A DNA stretch of 64,000 nt from Candidatus Pacebacteria bacterium CG2_30_36_39 (GCA_001873435.1 MNZB01000004.1:78030-142029), one strand, 5' to 3'. Counted from the stretch's first letter, positions 49,809 to 61,182 are shown. A program made the numbers and translations. Notes: generated by a model not told the origin, from the letters alone.

Positions 49809-50372
49809 TTACTTCTTATCCTCTTCTTTTTCGAATGGAAAGCCCATAAGCTCTAACATTCTAAAAGCTTCTTTATCATTTTTAGTACTAGTGATCAAAT
49901 TAATTTGTAGACCACGAATGCTTTCAATTTTGTCATACTCGATTTCTGGAAAAACGATTTGTTCTTCCAAACCAAGACTATAATTTCCTTGACCATCAAA
50001 GGCTACTTTGGAAATACCACGAAAATCCTTTACACGAGGTAAGGTAATAGATACTAATTTATCTAAAAATTCCCACATGTTTTGACCACGTAAAGTTACC
50101 ATTACACCCAAAGGATCGCCTGCTCTCAATTTAAAGTTGGCAACAGCCTTACGAGCTTTAGTAATCTGAGGTTTTTGGCCAGAGATTAAGGCAAATTGAT
50201 CAACTACGTTATCAATTACTTTTTCACGAGCTTTAGGATCTACTGGATCTTTAATGCCCATGTTAATTGAAACTTTTTTGATTTTAGCCACTGAAAAAGT
50301 ACTGCTATGCTTAAATTCTTTTTGCAAAGCTGGAAGCACTTCTTGTTGGTATTTTTGTTGTAGTCTATTCAT
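49809..50372 (-). CDS. rplE: 50S ribosomal protein L5
   Basis: [23 protein letters not shown]. Confidence 0.97.
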   Translation of the reverse strand: MNRLQQKYQQEVLPALQKEFKHSSTFSVAKIKKVSINMGIKDPVDPKAREKVIDNVVDQFALISGQKPQITKARKAVANFKLRAGDPLGVMVTLRGQNMWEFLDKLVSITLPRVKDFRGISKVAFDGQGNYSLGLEEQIVFPEIEYDKIESIRGLQINLITSTKNDKEAFRMLELMGFPFEKEEDKK

Positions 50373-50384
50373 TTTTACCTATAT

Positions 50385-50729
50385 TTATTTCTTTGCGGTT
50401 TTCTTGGTTGGCTCAGCTTTTTTAAAAGCGATAATAGTGCCAGTTTTCTTAAAAACACGCTCTTTTTTACCATCTTTGGTTACTTTATAACCAATGCGAT
50501 CAACTTGACCTTTATCATTAATAATGGCCACATTGGCGGTTGGCAAAGGACGTTCTCTCTTTACTCTTTCACCAGGTTTACCAGCATAAGGACGAACATG
50601 CTTGGTGTAAAGATTTACATCTTTAATTAAGACTTTGTTCTCTTTTGGAAAAACTTTGGCAACTTCACCTTGTTTGCCTTTTTCTTTTCCTGCTGTAACG
50701 ATAATTTTGTCGCCAATAGTAAATTTCAT
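50385..50729 (-). CDS. rplX: 50S ribosomal protein L24
   Basis: KOW motif GDKIIVTAGKEKGK; position in the spc operon. Confidence 0.95.
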   Translation of the reverse strand: MKFTIGDKIIVTAGKEKGKQGEVAKVFPKENKVLIKDVNLYTKHVRPYAGKPGERVKRERPLPTANVAIINDKGQVDRIGYKVTKDGKKERVFKKTGTIIAFKKAEPTKKTAKK

Positions 50730-50731
50730 AT

Positions 50732-51106
50732 TTATAATACCTCTGGTGCTAAACTTGCTATCTTGCTAAAACCTCGATCTTTAACCTCACGAGCAATTGG
50801 ACCAAAGACACGAGTGCCCACTGGTTCAGTTTTTGCTCTTGATTCAATAATCACGGCTGCATTGTCATCAAAACGAATATATTCGCCTGAATTTCTACGC
50901 ATTTCTTTTCTTGTTCTTACAATAACTGCGCGAACTTTAGAACCTTTTTTCAAAGAACTATTTGGATCAGCATCAATAACTGAAGCAACAATAATATCAC
51001 CAACATAACCAAAGCGTCTGTGGGATCCACCATAAACTTGAATGGTGCGAATTTTTCTTGCTCCACTGTTATCTGCGACTAGGAGTACAGATCTAAGTTG
51101 TATCAT
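50732..51106 (-). CDS. rplN: 50S ribosomal protein L14
   Basis: [21 protein letters not shown]. Confidence 0.97.
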   Translation of the reverse strand: MIQLRSVLLVADNSGARKIRTIQVYGGSHRRFGYVGDIIVASVIDADPNSSLKKGSKVRAVIVRTRKEMRRNSGEYIRFDDNAAVIIESRAKTEPVGTRVFGPIAREVKDRGFSKIASLAPEVL

Positions 51107-51109
51107 TGC

Positions 51110-51343
51110 TTATTTTCCTACCTTCTTGTTTATTACAAAACGCTTAGTTTTACTCATTGGTTTTGATTCTTGAATTTCAACAGTATCACCCTCTTTAATT
51201 TCAAGATTCTCATAATGGCAAGCGTATTTTTTGCTACGTTTCACCAATTTTTGGTAAATTGGATGTTGCCACATACGAGAGACTTCGACAGTTGCGGTCT
51301 TTTCTCTCTTGGCTGAAGTAACTATACCTAACATTGTTCTCAT
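51110..51343 (-). CDS. rpsQ: 30S ribosomal protein S17
   Basis: HPIYQK, GDTVEI..SKPMSKTK. Confidence 0.95.
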   Translation of the reverse strand: MRTMLGIVTSAKREKTATVEVSRMWQHPIYQKLVKRSKKYACHYENLEIKEGDTVEIQESKPMSKTKRFVINKKVGK

Positions 51344-51564
51344 TATTTTGTCTCTTTCTGTTCAGTTGCGATGGCCAGTTGACCAAGCACTGTTTTAATT
51401 CTGGCTAAGTCATCTGAAAGAGTTGCTACTAAACGAGTGTTTGCTAACTTTCCAGCTACACGTTCCATACGAATTTTTGCGAGTTCCATTTGAAGATCAG
51501 CTTGCATCTTCATAAGTTCAGTCTGGTTTTTAGCTCGAAGTTCAGTAATATCTTTTCTCTTCAT
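51343..51564 (-). CDS. rpmC: 50S ribosomal protein L29
   Basis: ELR...LARIKT; position between rplP and rpsQ. Confidence 0.9.
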   Translation of the reverse strand: MKRKDITELRAKNQTELMKMQADLQMELAKIRMERVAGKLANTRLVATLSDDLARIKTVLGQLAIATEQKETK

Positions 51565-51569
51565 GATTA

Positions 51570-51974
51570 TTATTTCTTGACTATTATTGTTTTCAAAGAA
51601 ACCTTATGACCAGCTTTAGTCAAAGCTTCTTTAGCCATTTCTTCGGTTACGCCACTCACTTCAAAAAGAATAGTGCCTGGCTTAATAACTGCTACATAAG
51701 TTTCAATTGCACCCTTACCAGAACCCATTTTGACACCCACTGGTTTCTTAGTAATAGGTTTGCTTGGGAAAACTTTAATCCAATATTTACCCAATCTCTT
51801 GGTGGCGTAAGTAATTTTCTTACGAGCAGCTTCAATTTCATTGGAGCTTAACCAACCACCAGTTAATGCTTTTAAACCAAACTCACCAAAAGCAAGTTCG
51901 TTGCCACGTAAAGCGACGCCTTTGTTTTTGCCTCTAAATTGTTTACGATATTTTGATTTTTTTGGCTGTAGCAT
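51570..51974 (-). CDS. rplP: 50S ribosomal protein L16
   Basis: MLQPKK, MGSGKG. Confidence 0.97.
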   Translation of the reverse strand: MLQPKKSKYRKQFRGKNKGVALRGNELAFGEFGLKALTGGWLSSNEIEAARKKITYATKRLGKYWIKVFPSKPITKKPVGVKMGSGKGAIETYVAVIKPGTILFEVSGVTEEMAKEALTKAGHKVSLKTIIVKK

Positions 51975-51982
51975 ATTACCTT

Positions 51983-52633
51983 CTAGACGATTTCTCCCTT
52001 ATAGATCCAGACCTTGATACCGACATAACCGGAACGAGTCTTGGCTGGAACTTCAAAGTAATCAATATTAGCGCGTAATGTTTGAGTAGGAACACTACCC
52101 TTAAAATATTTTTCAGAACGACCAATTTCAGCGCCGCCAACTCTTCCAGAAAGTTGAATTTTAATACCCTTAGCACCTGCAGCCATTACTTTATCCAAAG
52201 CTTGTAAAACAGCTCTGCGATGTGGGTAACGACCAATAAGTTGAGTGACGATTCTTTCAGCTACTAAACGAGCAGAAAGATCTGGATTTTTTACTTCTTC
52301 AACTTTTAAATCAACTTTGACTTGATCTTTTTTGTCTTTAGAAATATTAAGTAAGCGTTCAACTTCTTTCTTAATATCTTCAAGATTAGATCCACCCTTA
52401 CCAATAACTACACCAGGACGAGAAACTTGTAAAACGATTCTCATTTTACTGATATAGCGTTCGATATCTACTTGAACTAACCCAGCGCTCTCTAACTTTT
52501 TGTTAAAGTATTTTCTGAGTTTATGATCTTCTAACACTTTGTCAGAATATTGTTCTGGTTTGGCAAACCAACGAGATTTCCAAGAGAAAATCTTTCCCAA
52601 ACGAAAACCGGTTGGATTTACTTTTTGTCCCAT
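51983..52633 (-). CDS. rpsC: 30S ribosomal protein S3
   Basis: MGQKVNP.GFRLG, RPGVVIG, TLRANIDY. Confidence 0.97.
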   Translation of the reverse strand: MGQKVNPTGFRLGKIFSWKSRWFAKPEQYSDKVLEDHKLRKYFNKKLESAGLVQVDIERYISKMRIVLQVSRPGVVIGKGGSNLEDIKKEVERLLNISKDKKDQVKVDLKVEEVKNPDLSARLVAERIVTQLIGRYPHRRAVLQALDKVMAAGAKGIKIQLSGRVGGAEIGRSEKYFKGSVPTQTLRANIDYFEVPAKTRSGYVGIKVWIYKGEIV

Positions 52634-52637
52634 ATCT

Positions 52638-53111
52638 TTATTTCTTTGCTTTCTTAACTACTTTTTTAGCAACTGCTTTTGGGGCAGTGGTTTTTTTAGC
52701 GGCTTTTGGAGCTGCTTTTTCTGTTTTCTTTTCTTCTTTAACAGCTTCAGTTTTAACTTCAGCTTTTGCAGCTGGAGCTTGCTTAGTTTCCAAGATCACT
52801 TGAATATGTGAAGATCTCTTGAAAATGGTGTGAGCACGACCTCTACTAACAGCGCGAAAACGCTTGTATGTAGGACCTTCTCCAACTAAAATATTTTTTA
52901 ATTCCAATTCCTCAGCAGCCAAATGATGGTTGTGCCATGCATTGGCTAAAGCCTGTCTTAAAACTTTGGCCACAGCAATACTAGCTCTGCGTTCCATAAC
53001 AGCCAATTGATCCATAGCTTTCTGAATAGAAAGTTTACGAACTGCGTTGGCCACCAAACGAACTTTGCGTGGTGACTGTCTAGTGTTTTTTTGTTCTGCT
53101 GTAATTTGCAT
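52638..53111 (-). CDS. rplV: 50S ribosomal protein L22 with Lys/Ala tail
   Basis: SPRKVRLVA, EGPTYKR, RGRA. Confidence 0.96.
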   Translation of the reverse strand: MQITAEQKNTRQSPRKVRLVANAVRKLSIQKAMDQLAVMERRASIAVAKVLRQALANAWHNHHLAAEELELKNILVGEGPTYKRFRAVSRGRAHTIFKRSSHIQVILETKQAPAAKAEVKTEAVKEEKKTEKAAPKAAKKTTAPKAVAKKVVKKAKK

Positions 53112-53123
53112 TTTTTTAACCTT

Positions 53124-53408
53124 TTATGTCTTAGCCAAAACTCTCTTAACAATGCGACCATGGCCGCGGAAGGTTCTGGTAGGAGCGAATTCTCCTAATT
53201 TATGACCAACCATACCTTCAGAAATAAAAACCTCGATAAAATTTTTACCTTGGTGTACTGCAAAGGTGTGACCTACAAACTCTGGAGCAACAACGCTTTC
53301 GCGTGCCCAAGTTTTAATCGCAGCTTTATCTCCGCTATCCTTTTGCTTCATGATTTTTTTCATGAGCTTAGGGTCGATATATGGTCCTTTTTTTGTTGAT
53401 CTACTCAT
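53124..53408 (-). CDS. rpsS: 30S ribosomal protein S19
   Basis: [20 protein letters not shown]. Confidence 0.97.
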   Translation of the reverse strand: MSRSTKKGPYIDPKLMKKIMKQKDSGDKAAIKTWARESVVAPEFVGHTFAVHQGKNFIEVFISEGMVGHKLGEFAPTRTFRGHGRIVKRVLAKT

Positions 53409-53418
53409 ATTTATTTAT

Positions 53419-54252
53419 TTACTTTGCTCTTCTGTCTCGAACAATTAACTTAGTACTTTTGCGAACTTTACGAGTCTTCTTGCCAGGAGCAACATTCTTA
53501 CCCCATGGAGATTTTGGATATTTCAAACCAACACCACTACGACCTTCACCACCACCATGTGGATGTGAATCTGGATGTTGAGCAGTACCTCTGACGGTAG
53601 GACGAATACCCATTAGGCGTTTGCGACCGGCTTTACCAATTTTGCGGTTCTTCCAATCAACATTACCAACTTGTCCAATAGTAGCAAAACAATCTTCAAC
53701 AACTAAGCGTTGTTCTCTTGAAGGTAATTGTAAAGTTACAAAACCATTTTCTTTTGATTGAATCAAAGCAGATGCGCCGGCACCTTTTACAAGTTGTGCG
53801 CCTTTTCCTGGTCTTAATTCAATGTTATGAATAGGCATACCAACTGGAATGTTCTTCAAAGCCATTGCATTTCCTGGACGAGGATCAACTTTTTCTGCTG
53901 CGATTACTTCATCACCAATCTTTAAATTTAAAGGAGCCAAGATGTATCTTTTTTCTCCATCTTTGTAGAAAACCAAGGCAATATTTGCACTGCGCATTGG
54001 ATCATATTCAATTCTTTGCACGATACCAACAATATCTCTCTTTTCTCTTTTCCAATCAATTACGCGCAAACGTTTCTTTGCACCACCACCACGATGTCTA
54101 ACAGTAATACGACCTTTGAAACCACGACCCTGTCGTTTCTTATGACCAGATACTAATAATGATTTTTCTGGAGCACCCTTGTGCAAATCAGAACGATCAA
54201 CATCAATTCGATTGCGTTTACCTGGTGAGGTTGGTTTGACTTTTACTAACAT
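53419..54252 (-). CDS. rplB: 50S ribosomal protein L2
   Basis: RHRGGG, IEYDP, HPHGGGEG. Confidence 0.97.
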   Translation of the reverse strand: MLVKVKPTSPGKRNRIDVDRSDLHKGAPEKSLLVSGHKKRQGRGFKGRITVRHRGGGAKKRLRVIDWKREKRDIVGIVQRIEYDPMRSANIALVFYKDGEKRYILAPLNLKIGDEVIAAEKVDPRPGNAMALKNIPVGMPIHNIELRPGKGAQLVKGAGASALIQSKENGFVTLQLPSREQRLVVEDCFATIGQVGNVDWKNRKIGKAGRKRLMGIRPTVRGTAQHPDSHPHGGGEGRSGVGLKYPKSPWGKNVAPGKKTRKVRKSTKLIVRDRRAK

Positions 54253-54551
54253 TATTTATCTCCTCCGACATCAAAAACACTGATTGATTGGCCACTCTTG
54301 AGTTTGACTAAGGCTTTTTTGGTCTTAGCACTAAAAGTAACCACTCTTTTTTGACCAGTGCGTCTGGATTTTTTTGGACGCATTACGGTGTTAATATCAA
54401 TTACGTTTACACTGTACATTTCTTCAACTGCAGCTTTAATTTTATTTTTGTCTGCAGTACGAGCTACTTCAAAAGTATAAATATTCTCTAAGTTTGCTCT
54501 TTGAAGAGTTTTTTCAGTAATAACTGGTTTGCGAATTACAAATTGATTCAT
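54252..54551 (-). CDS. rplW: 50S ribosomal protein L23
   Basis: PVITEK, YTFEV, KKALV. Confidence 0.95.
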   Translation of the reverse strand: MNQFVIRKPVITEKTLQRANLENIYTFEVARTADKNKIKAAVEEMYSVNVIDINTVMRPKKSRRTGQKRVVTFSAKTKKALVKLKSGQSISVFDVGGDK

Positions 54552-54553
54552 GA

Positions 54554-55201
54554 TTATTTCTCCTCCTTAGCAACTGCTTTGGAACGAGCTAAACGAGCTT
54601 CAATAGCTTTTAAAGAGTCTTTGGTAAAAATAACGGTATCGGCAGATGCAATCTGCAAAGCATTAACTTCCAAAACTGGAACTGTTAAAACTTTTTCTAC
54701 ATTATCTAAACTGCGACGTAATAAACCGTTGTTTTCAGCTAAAACAACCAAAATTCTTCCTGGGTTGTCAATCATCTTATTTAAGATCTTAACAGCTTCA
54801 GCGGTTTTGCCGCTCAAACTATTTAGATTGTCAGTGACAACAATTTTTTCAGCTTGCATACTCAAAGCAACACGAAGAGCTTGAGCTTTCATATTGCGAG
54901 ATAAAGCTTTGGTCCAATTTTCAAGTCCTGTTGGACCATGAGAAACGCCACCACCTACAAAGATAGGAGCATTTTTGGAACCATGTCGAGCATTACCAGT
55001 ACCCTTTTGTTTGTACCATTTTGCTTTTGTACGAGCAACGTTGGAACGGGTTTTGGTTTTACTAGTACCTTGTCTCAAGTTAGAAAGATAAACTCTCACT
55101 GCTTGAGCAATTAAGGTTGGATTGCTTTTTTGAGCAAAAATATCATCACTAACTTCGATAGTGCTGCTTTTGCTAGTAGCGGTAATTACATTTAATTTCA
55201 T
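54554..55201 (-). CDS. rplD: 50S ribosomal protein L4
   Basis: RQGTSKTKTR, QKGTGNARHG, GGGVSHGP. Confidence 0.96.
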   Translation of the reverse strand: MKLNVITATSKSSTIEVSDDIFAQKSNPTLIAQAVRVYLSNLRQGTSKTKTRSNVARTKAKWYKQKGTGNARHGSKNAPIFVGGGVSHGPTGLENWTKALSRNMKAQALRVALSMQAEKIVVTDNLNSLSGKTAEAVKILNKMIDNPGRILVVLAENNGLLRRSLDNVEKVLTVPVLEVNALQIASADTVIFTKDSLKAIEARLARSKAVAKEEK

Positions 55202-55203
55202 AG

Positions 55204-55983
55204 TTATTCTTGCACCTCCTGAGTTTCAACAGCTTGAACTTCTTCTACAGGAGCAGTTTCATTTTTTTCAATTTGCAAACCAATTAAAGCTAAATCCAAA
55301 TCAACATTTTTTTTCTTGCCAGTTTTCTCAATGCGAATTGAACTGGAATTAAATCCTGGGACTGGGCCAGAAAGCCATAATTCTTGATTAGCTTTATCAA
55401 TGTATAAGACGGTTAAACCATAAACGGTTCTGGCATCAACACCAAAATGTCCAGGCATTTTCTTGCCTTTCCATACGTGTCCTGGAGAAGTACCAGCACC
55501 AATAGAACCAACTGCTCTTTCACGATCAGATTGTCCATGAGTTTTTGGTCCGCCATGAAAACCCCATCGCTTCACTGCACCAGCAAAACCTCGTCCTTTG
55601 GTAATACCTTGAACTTTAACAATATCTCCAACTTCCAAAACTTGCTCTAAAGCAATAGAGTCTCCAATTTTTAAAGGAGACTCTGTGTTAGCGTCATATT
55701 TAATACCCTTGACTTGAGCAACACCCATAGCAAAACCGCTCTTCTCTAGGCGAGTGCGAAGAGGTTTGTCTACATTCTTAAGTTTTTTGGTACCAAAACC
55801 AACCTCAATAATTGTTTGAGGTAATTTTTTCCAAGTTCGGGAGGATTTGTCAGTAACTTTGGTCTCAATTTGACCAACAACAGCGTTAGGTTGTACCTTA
55901 CACTTGGTTACTGCCAATCTCTTTCCGTTCTTAGACCAGGCTTGTGTCATGCCCAGCTTGGTAGCAAAGATTGCGTCTAACAT
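55204..55983 (-). CDS. rplC: 50S ribosomal protein L3
   Basis: KLGMTQ, KGRGFAG..KRW, KMPGHFG; start ATG 55983. Confidence 0.96.
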   Translation of the reverse strand: MLDAIFATKLGMTQAWSKNGKRLAVTKCKVQPNAVVGQIETKVTDKSSRTWKKLPQTIIEVGFGTKKLKNVDKPLRTRLEKSGFAMGVAQVKGIKYDANTESPLKIGDSIALEQVLEVGDIVKVQGITKGRGFAGAVKRWGFHGGPKTHGQSDRERAVGSIGAGTSPGHVWKGKKMPGHFGVDARTVYGLTVLYIDKANQELWLSGPVPGFNSSSIRIEKTGKKKNVDLDLALIGLQIEKNETAPVEEVQAVETQEVQE

Positions 55984-56020
55984 ACGTGTTTCCAATTTCT
56001 TTTTTTCAAAACTCTTTTAC

Positions 56021-56052
56021 AAAAAAGTAGTGAGGGCCTCTTTTGCCCTCAC
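56021..56052 (-). terminator. terminator-like hairpin between rpsJ and rplC
   Basis: minus strand GTGAGGGC-AAAAGAG-GCCCTCAC followed by TACTTTTTT. Confidence 0.6.
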
Positions 56053-56073
56053 CTAACTCATTTGTTTACTTTG

Positions 56074-56403
56074 TTACATTTTAATTTGGATGTCCACACC
56101 TGCGGGCAATTCCAAATGCATTAAAGAGTCAATCGTCTTATTAGTTGGATTGACTATTTCAATTAATCTTTTATGAGTTCTGATTTCATAATGCTCTTGA
56201 GCATTTTTATCAGAATGAGGTGAAGTCAAAACTGTAAAAGATTTCTTGTGAGTAGGTAATGGGACTGGTCCCACTACTTTAGCTCCGGTTGACAAAGCTG
56301 TTTGCAAAATTTTTCGACTTGCTTCATCTGCGACGCGATGATCGTAAGATTTTAAGCGAACTCTAATTTTGTAAGCGGTTTGTGTTCCAGTGCTTTTTGC
56401 CAT
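56074..56403 (-). CDS. rpsJ: 30S ribosomal protein S10
   Basis: [25 protein letters not shown]. Confidence 0.97.
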   Translation of the reverse strand: MAKSTGTQTAYKIRVRLKSYDHRVADEASRKILQTALSTGAKVVGPVPLPTHKKSFTVLTSPHSDKNAQEHYEIRTHKRLIEIVNPTNKTIDSLMHLELPAGVDIQIKM

Positions 56404-56679
56404 AGTTATATGTACTTTTTATATATTCGATCTCTATTTTAAGACCCAACATTTTTCTCTGGATCTCCAGAGGTATTTTAAAATCACAGGGCGTGATTAT
56501 ATCTAAAAATCCACGATATGTATAGGGCTAATTTGCCTGGAAATCCATGCAATCTGCGTCCTAGAAAAATCGTAGCTCTCGCCTGTCACTCGAGAACGTA
56601 TATTATATCAAACATCTTGAGAAGAAACAATAAAGTGATTTTATCACCAATCTAAATATTAATAATTGAATAACTAACC

Positions 56680-56708
56680 AAAAACCCCGCCTTTAACAGC
56701 GGGGTTTT
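56680..56708 (-). terminator. intrinsic terminator after tuf
   Basis: AAAACCCCGC...GCGGGGTTTT. Confidence 0.85.
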
Positions 56709-56733
56709 CTTATTTGCTTTATAAAAGTAACTA

Positions 56734-57930
56734 TTATTTAGTCACTTTGGTAATAGCACCAGCACCTACGGTAATGCCACCTTCACGGATAGCAAAGCGC
56801 AAGCCTTCATTAACAGCTACTGGAGCAATTAATTTAACATGCATCTTGGCGTTATCACCAGGCATAACCATCTCTACACCATCTGGAAGAGTAATCTCAC
56901 CAGTGACGTCAGTGGTTCTGATATAAAATTGTGGTTTATAACCAGTAAAGAAAGGTTTGTGGCGACCGCCTTCTTCTTTCTTTAAAATATAAACCTCAGC
57001 ATCAAATTCTGCGTGAGGAGTAATACTACCTGGTTTAGCTAAAACTTGACCACGTTGAATAGCATCCTTATCAATACCGCGAAGAAGAATACCGACGTTG
57101 TCGCCAGCTTGACCTTCATCGAGCATTTTACGGAACATTTCCACACCAGTAACAGTAGATTTAGTAGTGTCTTTGAAACCAACTAATTCGATTTCTTCAC
57201 CTACTTTAACTCTACCTGATTCGATTCTACCAGTAGCCACTGTACCGCGACCCTTAATAGAGAAGACATCTTCAACAGGCATTAAGAATGGCTTGTCGAG
57301 ATCACGAACTGGGTTTGGAATGTACTCATCAACTTGTTTCATGAGTTCCATGACTTGATCTTGAGCAGCGGAATCACCTTCCAATGCTTTTAATGCTGAA
57401 ACACGCACAACTGGAGTGTTGTCACCATCAAAACCATATTTGCTCAAAAGCTCACGAACTTCCATTTCAACTAAATCAAGAAGCTCTGCATCATCAACCA
57501 TGTCACATTTATTCAAAGCTACGATAAGCTTAGGAACGTTCACTTGGTTAGCCAAGAGAATGTGCTCACGAGTTTGTGGCATAGGACCATCAGTGGCAGC
57601 AACTACCAAGATAGCACCATCCATTTGAGCAGCACCAGTGATCATATTTTTGATGTAGTCAGCATGACCTGGAGCATCAATATGAGCATAGTGACGCTTT
57701 TCAGTTTCGTATTCGAGGTGAGAAATGTTAATAGTAACACCACGAGCAGCTTCTTCTGGAGCGTTATCGATATCTAAATAACCCATAGCCTTGTTGATTG
57801 GACTTGGGATTTTAGCTGCTAAAGTTGTGGTAATAGCAGCGGTTAAAGTGGTTTTACCATGGTCAACGTGACCAATAGTACCAATATTAACGTGAGGTTT
57901 GTTGCGGACAAATTTTGAACCGTCAGACAT
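56734..57930 (-). CDS. tuf: elongation factor Tu
   Basis: [28 protein letters not shown]. Confidence 0.98.
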   Translation of the reverse strand: MSDGSKFVRNKPHVNIGTIGHVDHGKTTLTAAITTTLAAKIPSPINKAMGYLDIDNAPEEAARGVTINISHLEYETEKRHYAHIDAPGHADYIKNMITGAAQMDGAILVVAATDGPMPQTREHILLANQVNVPKLIVALNKCDMVDDAELLDLVEMEVRELLSKYGFDGDNTPVVRVSALKALEGDSAAQDQVMELMKQVDEYIPNPVRDLDKPFLMPVEDVFSIKGRGTVATGRIESGRVKVGEEIELVGFKDTTKSTVTGVEMFRKMLDEGQAGDNVGILLRGIDKDAIQRGQVLAKPGSITPHAEFDAEVYILKKEEGGRHKPFFTGYKPQFYIRTTDVTGEITLPDGVEMVMPGDNAKMHVKLIAPVAVNEGLRFAIREGGITVGAGAITKVTK

Positions 57931-58001
57931 AATTCTCCTTTTTTTGTTTGTACTTTTTTTCTTTTACTACTTCTTACTACTAATAAAAACAAATGAACAC
58001 A

Positions 58002-60137
58002 CTAGCGAACGTTTGTTCCCTTGCGCTCTTCTACGATCTTTTCAGTAATGCTTTTTGGCACCTCGTCATAATGACTTGGCAACAACACACTACTAGCACG
58101 ACCTTGGGTCATACTTCTCAAGATTGTAACATAGCCTTGCATCTCTGCCAACGGAACAAGAGCAGTAATGATCACTGCCTTACCTCGATTGGTAGTACCT
58201 TGAATCTGAGCTCTTTTACTACCAAGATCGCCAATCACATCACCCATAAATTCCTCAGGAGTCGAAACTTCTAGTTTCATAATAGGTTCAATTAAAACCA
58301 TTCCTGCAGTCTTCATGGCTTCACGCATACCCAAAGAACCAGCCATCTTAAAGGAAAGTTCACTAGAGTCAACGTCATGATAAGAACCGTCATAAAGAGT
58401 AACTTTAATATCGGTCATTGGATAACCAGCCAAGAAACCTCTCTCAAGAGATTCTTTAATACCTTTATTGGTAGGCTCAATATATTCACGAGGCACTACA
58501 CCACCAGTAATAGCATTTACAAATTCATAGCCAGTACCACGATCTTGTGGCTCAACTTTAAGCAATACATGACCATATTGACCACGACCACCAGTTTGTT
58601 TGATGTATTTACCTTCACCATTGGCTGCTTGAGTAATAGTTTCACGATAAGCTACTTGAGGAGCACCTACATCAGCATCAACTTTAAATTCACGTTTCAT
58701 ACGATCAACGATGATTTCTAGATGCAATTCACCCATACCACCAATCACAGTTTGACCAGTTTCATGATCAACTTTAATTGAAAAAGTAGGATCTTCTTCT
58801 GAAAGTTTATTCAAAGCTAAGCCCATTTTCTCTTGGTCAGACTTGGTTTTTGGTTCAATTGCCAAAGAAATAACTGGCTCTGCAAAAGTAATACCTTCCA
58901 AAACAATTGGATCATTTTCGTCAGAAAGAGTGTCTCCAGTTTTAGTTTCTTTAAGACCTACGATAGCAACAATTTCTCCAGCGCGAGCTTCGTCAATCTC
59001 CTCACGCTTGTTTGCATGCATAAGAAGCAAACGACCCACACGCTCTTTTTCATCACGAGTAGAGTTATAAACATAACTACCAGATTTCAAAACACCAGAA
59101 TAAACACGGAAGAAAGTTAACTTACCTACGTGAGGATCAGTTTGAATTTTGAAAGCCAAACCAGCAAATTTTTCTTCTGAAACTAACTTGCGAGTAATTT
59201 CTTCTTCAGTATTTGGCTTAAGACCAGTAATATGTTCGATATCATTTGGAGAGGGAAGATATTCAACTACAGCATCGAGCAAAACTTGAATACCAGTATT
59301 TTTCAAAGAAGAACCAGCAAAAACTGGAACTAACTTATAACTAATAACAGCTTTACGAAGAGCAGACTTAAGTTCATTAACAGAAATTTCTTCTTCTGCA
59401 AAGAATTTTTCCATAATTACATCATCAGTTTCAGCAATTGATTCAACCAAAGCTGCACGCATCTCTTCCATTTGAGCTTTGTATTCTTCTGGAACTTCCA
59501 TAATTTCTGGCTCAGTAGCAGCGGCATGATCTTTCCAGAATAAAGCTTTGCGCTCTAATAATTGAATTACACCCTTAAAATCATTTTCAGATCCCATTGG
59601 TAAAACCATTACAGCTGGAACAACACCAAATTTATCTCTAATATCTTGGACAGTAGCCAAGAAATCAGCACCTAATTTATCCATTTTATTAACAAAACAA
59701 ACACGAGGAACATTATATTTGTCAGCCTGACGCCAAACAGTCTCTGATTGGGACTGTACACCTTCAGAAGCGTCTAGTACTGTCACACCACCATCAAGTA
59801 CACGTAAAGAACGCTCTACTTCAGCAGTAAAGTCTACGTGACCCGGAGTATCAATGATATTAAAACGATATTCTTCACTTGAAAGATTGGTTTCAAAATA
59901 TGGCTTCCAAAAAGCGGTGGTAGCAGCAGACACAATGGTAATACCACGTTCTTGTTCTTGCTCCATCCAGTCCATGGTTGCAGCACCTTCATGTACCTCA
60001 CCAATTTTATAGTTACGACCTGTGTAAAAAAGAATGCGCTCGGTAGTGGTAGTTTTACCAGCATCAATATGAGCAATAATACCAATATTTCTCACTCTCT
60101 CTAGAGGAACTCTTTTATTTGCGCTTTTGTCTGACAT
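58002..60137 (-). CDS. fusA: elongation factor G
   Basis: [32 protein letters not shown]. Confidence 0.98.
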   Translation of the reverse strand: MSDKSANKRVPLERVRNIGIIAHIDAGKTTTTERILFYTGRNYKIGEVHEGAATMDWMEQEQERGITIVSAATTAFWKPYFETNLSSEEYRFNIIDTPGHVDFTAEVERSLRVLDGGVTVLDASEGVQSQSETVWRQADKYNVPRVCFVNKMDKLGADFLATVQDIRDKFGVVPAVMVLPMGSENDFKGVIQLLERKALFWKDHAAATEPEIMEVPEEYKAQMEEMRAALVESIAETDDVIMEKFFAEEEISVNELKSALRKAVISYKLVPVFAGSSLKNTGIQVLLDAVVEYLPSPNDIEHITGLKPNTEEEITRKLVSEEKFAGLAFKIQTDPHVGKLTFFRVYSGVLKSGSYVYNSTRDEKERVGRLLLMHANKREEIDEARAGEIVAIVGLKETKTGDTLSDENDPIVLEGITFAEPVISLAIEPKTKSDQEKMGLALNKLSEEDPTFSIKVDHETGQTVIGGMGELHLEIIVDRMKREFKVDADVGAPQVAYRETITQAANGEGKYIKQTGGRGQYGHVLLKVEPQDRGTGYEFVNAITGGVVPREYIEPTNKGIKESLERGFLAGYPMTDIKVTLYDGSYHDVDSSELSFKMAGSLGMREAMKTAGMVLIEPIMKLEVSTPEEFMGDVIGDLGSKRAQIQGTTNRGKAVIITALVPLAEMQGYVTILRSMTQGRASSVLLPSHYDEVPKSITEKIVEERKGTNVR

Positions 60138-60252
60138 AAATGTTTTACCTTTTTACTATTAATTAGATTAAAGAAACTATTCATACCAACCAGCTCTTTT
60201 TACTTAAAGCAAAAAGATTCCCCTGCCAGGAATAAGGAAGGTTTCCATGTTT

Positions 60253-60729
60253 CTACCAACGGAAGTGTGAGAAAGCCTTGTTAGCCTCAGCCATACGGTG
60301 AGAGGATAACTTCTTTTCAATAGCACCACCGGTGTTTTCAATGGAATCGAGAATTTCTGCAGCTAATTTTTCTGCGTAAGAATGATATTCTTTGTTAGAA
60401 CGTTTGTTTGATTCTAGAACTAACCAACGAAGAGATAAAGACGAAGCTCTTCTTGGTTGAACAGGCATAGGAACCTGATAAGAAGCACCACCAACACGGC
60501 GAGAACGAACTTCCATTTGAGGAGTAATATTCTTAAGAGCTTCTTCTAAGACTTCAACTGGCTTTTTATTTAATTTTTCAGCTGCAAATTCAAGACCTGC
60601 ATAAACCTGTTTTTGAGCCACAGATTTCTTGCCATCTCTCATTGAGCGATGAATTAAACGAGCTACCAAGACTGAACCATATTTGGCGTCTGGAGCGACT
60701 TCACGAAGTTTTGCTTTCTTTGTTCTCAT
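60253..60729 (-). CDS. rpsG: 30S ribosomal protein S7
   Basis: DGKKS, SRRVGGASYQVP, MAEANKAF. Confidence 0.97.
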   Translation of the reverse strand: MRTKKAKLREVAPDAKYGSVLVARLIHRSMRDGKKSVAQKQVYAGLEFAAEKLNKKPVEVLEEALKNITPQMEVRSRRVGGASYQVPMPVQPRRASSLSLRWLVLESNKRSNKEYHSYAEKLAAEILDSIENTGGAIEKKLSSHRMAEANKAFSHFRW

Positions 60730-60732
60730 GCC

Positions 60733-61146
60733 TTATTTTCCCTTTTTCACACCATATTTACTGCGACTGGTTTTACGGTCAGTGACACCAGCACAATCAT
60801 ATTTACCACGAACGATATGATATTTCACACCTGGAAGATCTTTAACACGTCCACCACGAACCATAACTACACTGTGCTCAGCGAGGTTATGACCTTCACC
60901 TTGGATGTATGCCGTAACTTCCATTCTATTTGAAAGACGGACACGAGCAACTTTGCGTAAAGCTGAGTTTGGTTTTTTTGGAGTCATGGTTTTAACCACG
61001 GTACAAACACCACGCTTCTGAGGGCTCATGGCTTTAACTGGTTTACCAGTCAAAGAGTTGAAGGCACGACGCAAAGCAGTAGCTTTAATGCGCTTGGATC
61101 GGTCGGTTCTTCCTCCCTTTCGAATGAGTTGATTAATTGTAGGCAT
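60733..61146 (-). CDS. rpsL: 30S ribosomal protein S12
   Basis: [19 protein letters not shown]. Confidence 0.98.
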   Translation of the reverse strand: MPTINQLIRKGGRTDRSKRIKATALRRAFNSLTGKPVKAMSPQKRGVCTVVKTMTPKKPNSALRKVARVRLSNRMEVTAYIQGEGHNLAEHSVVMVRGGRVKDLPGVKYHIVRGKYDCAGVTDRKTSRSKYGVKKGK

Positions 61147-61182
61147 AAATCTTATTTACTTTCTTCCTTTTTTCAATTTCGG

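Noticed and set aside
57225-57240. AGA/AGG reassignment to Ser, suggested by tRNA-Ser(ACT)
   Set aside because: AGA encodes a conserved Arg in EF-Tu (TGR in ATGRIE), so wholesale reassignment is not supported. Only spot-checked.
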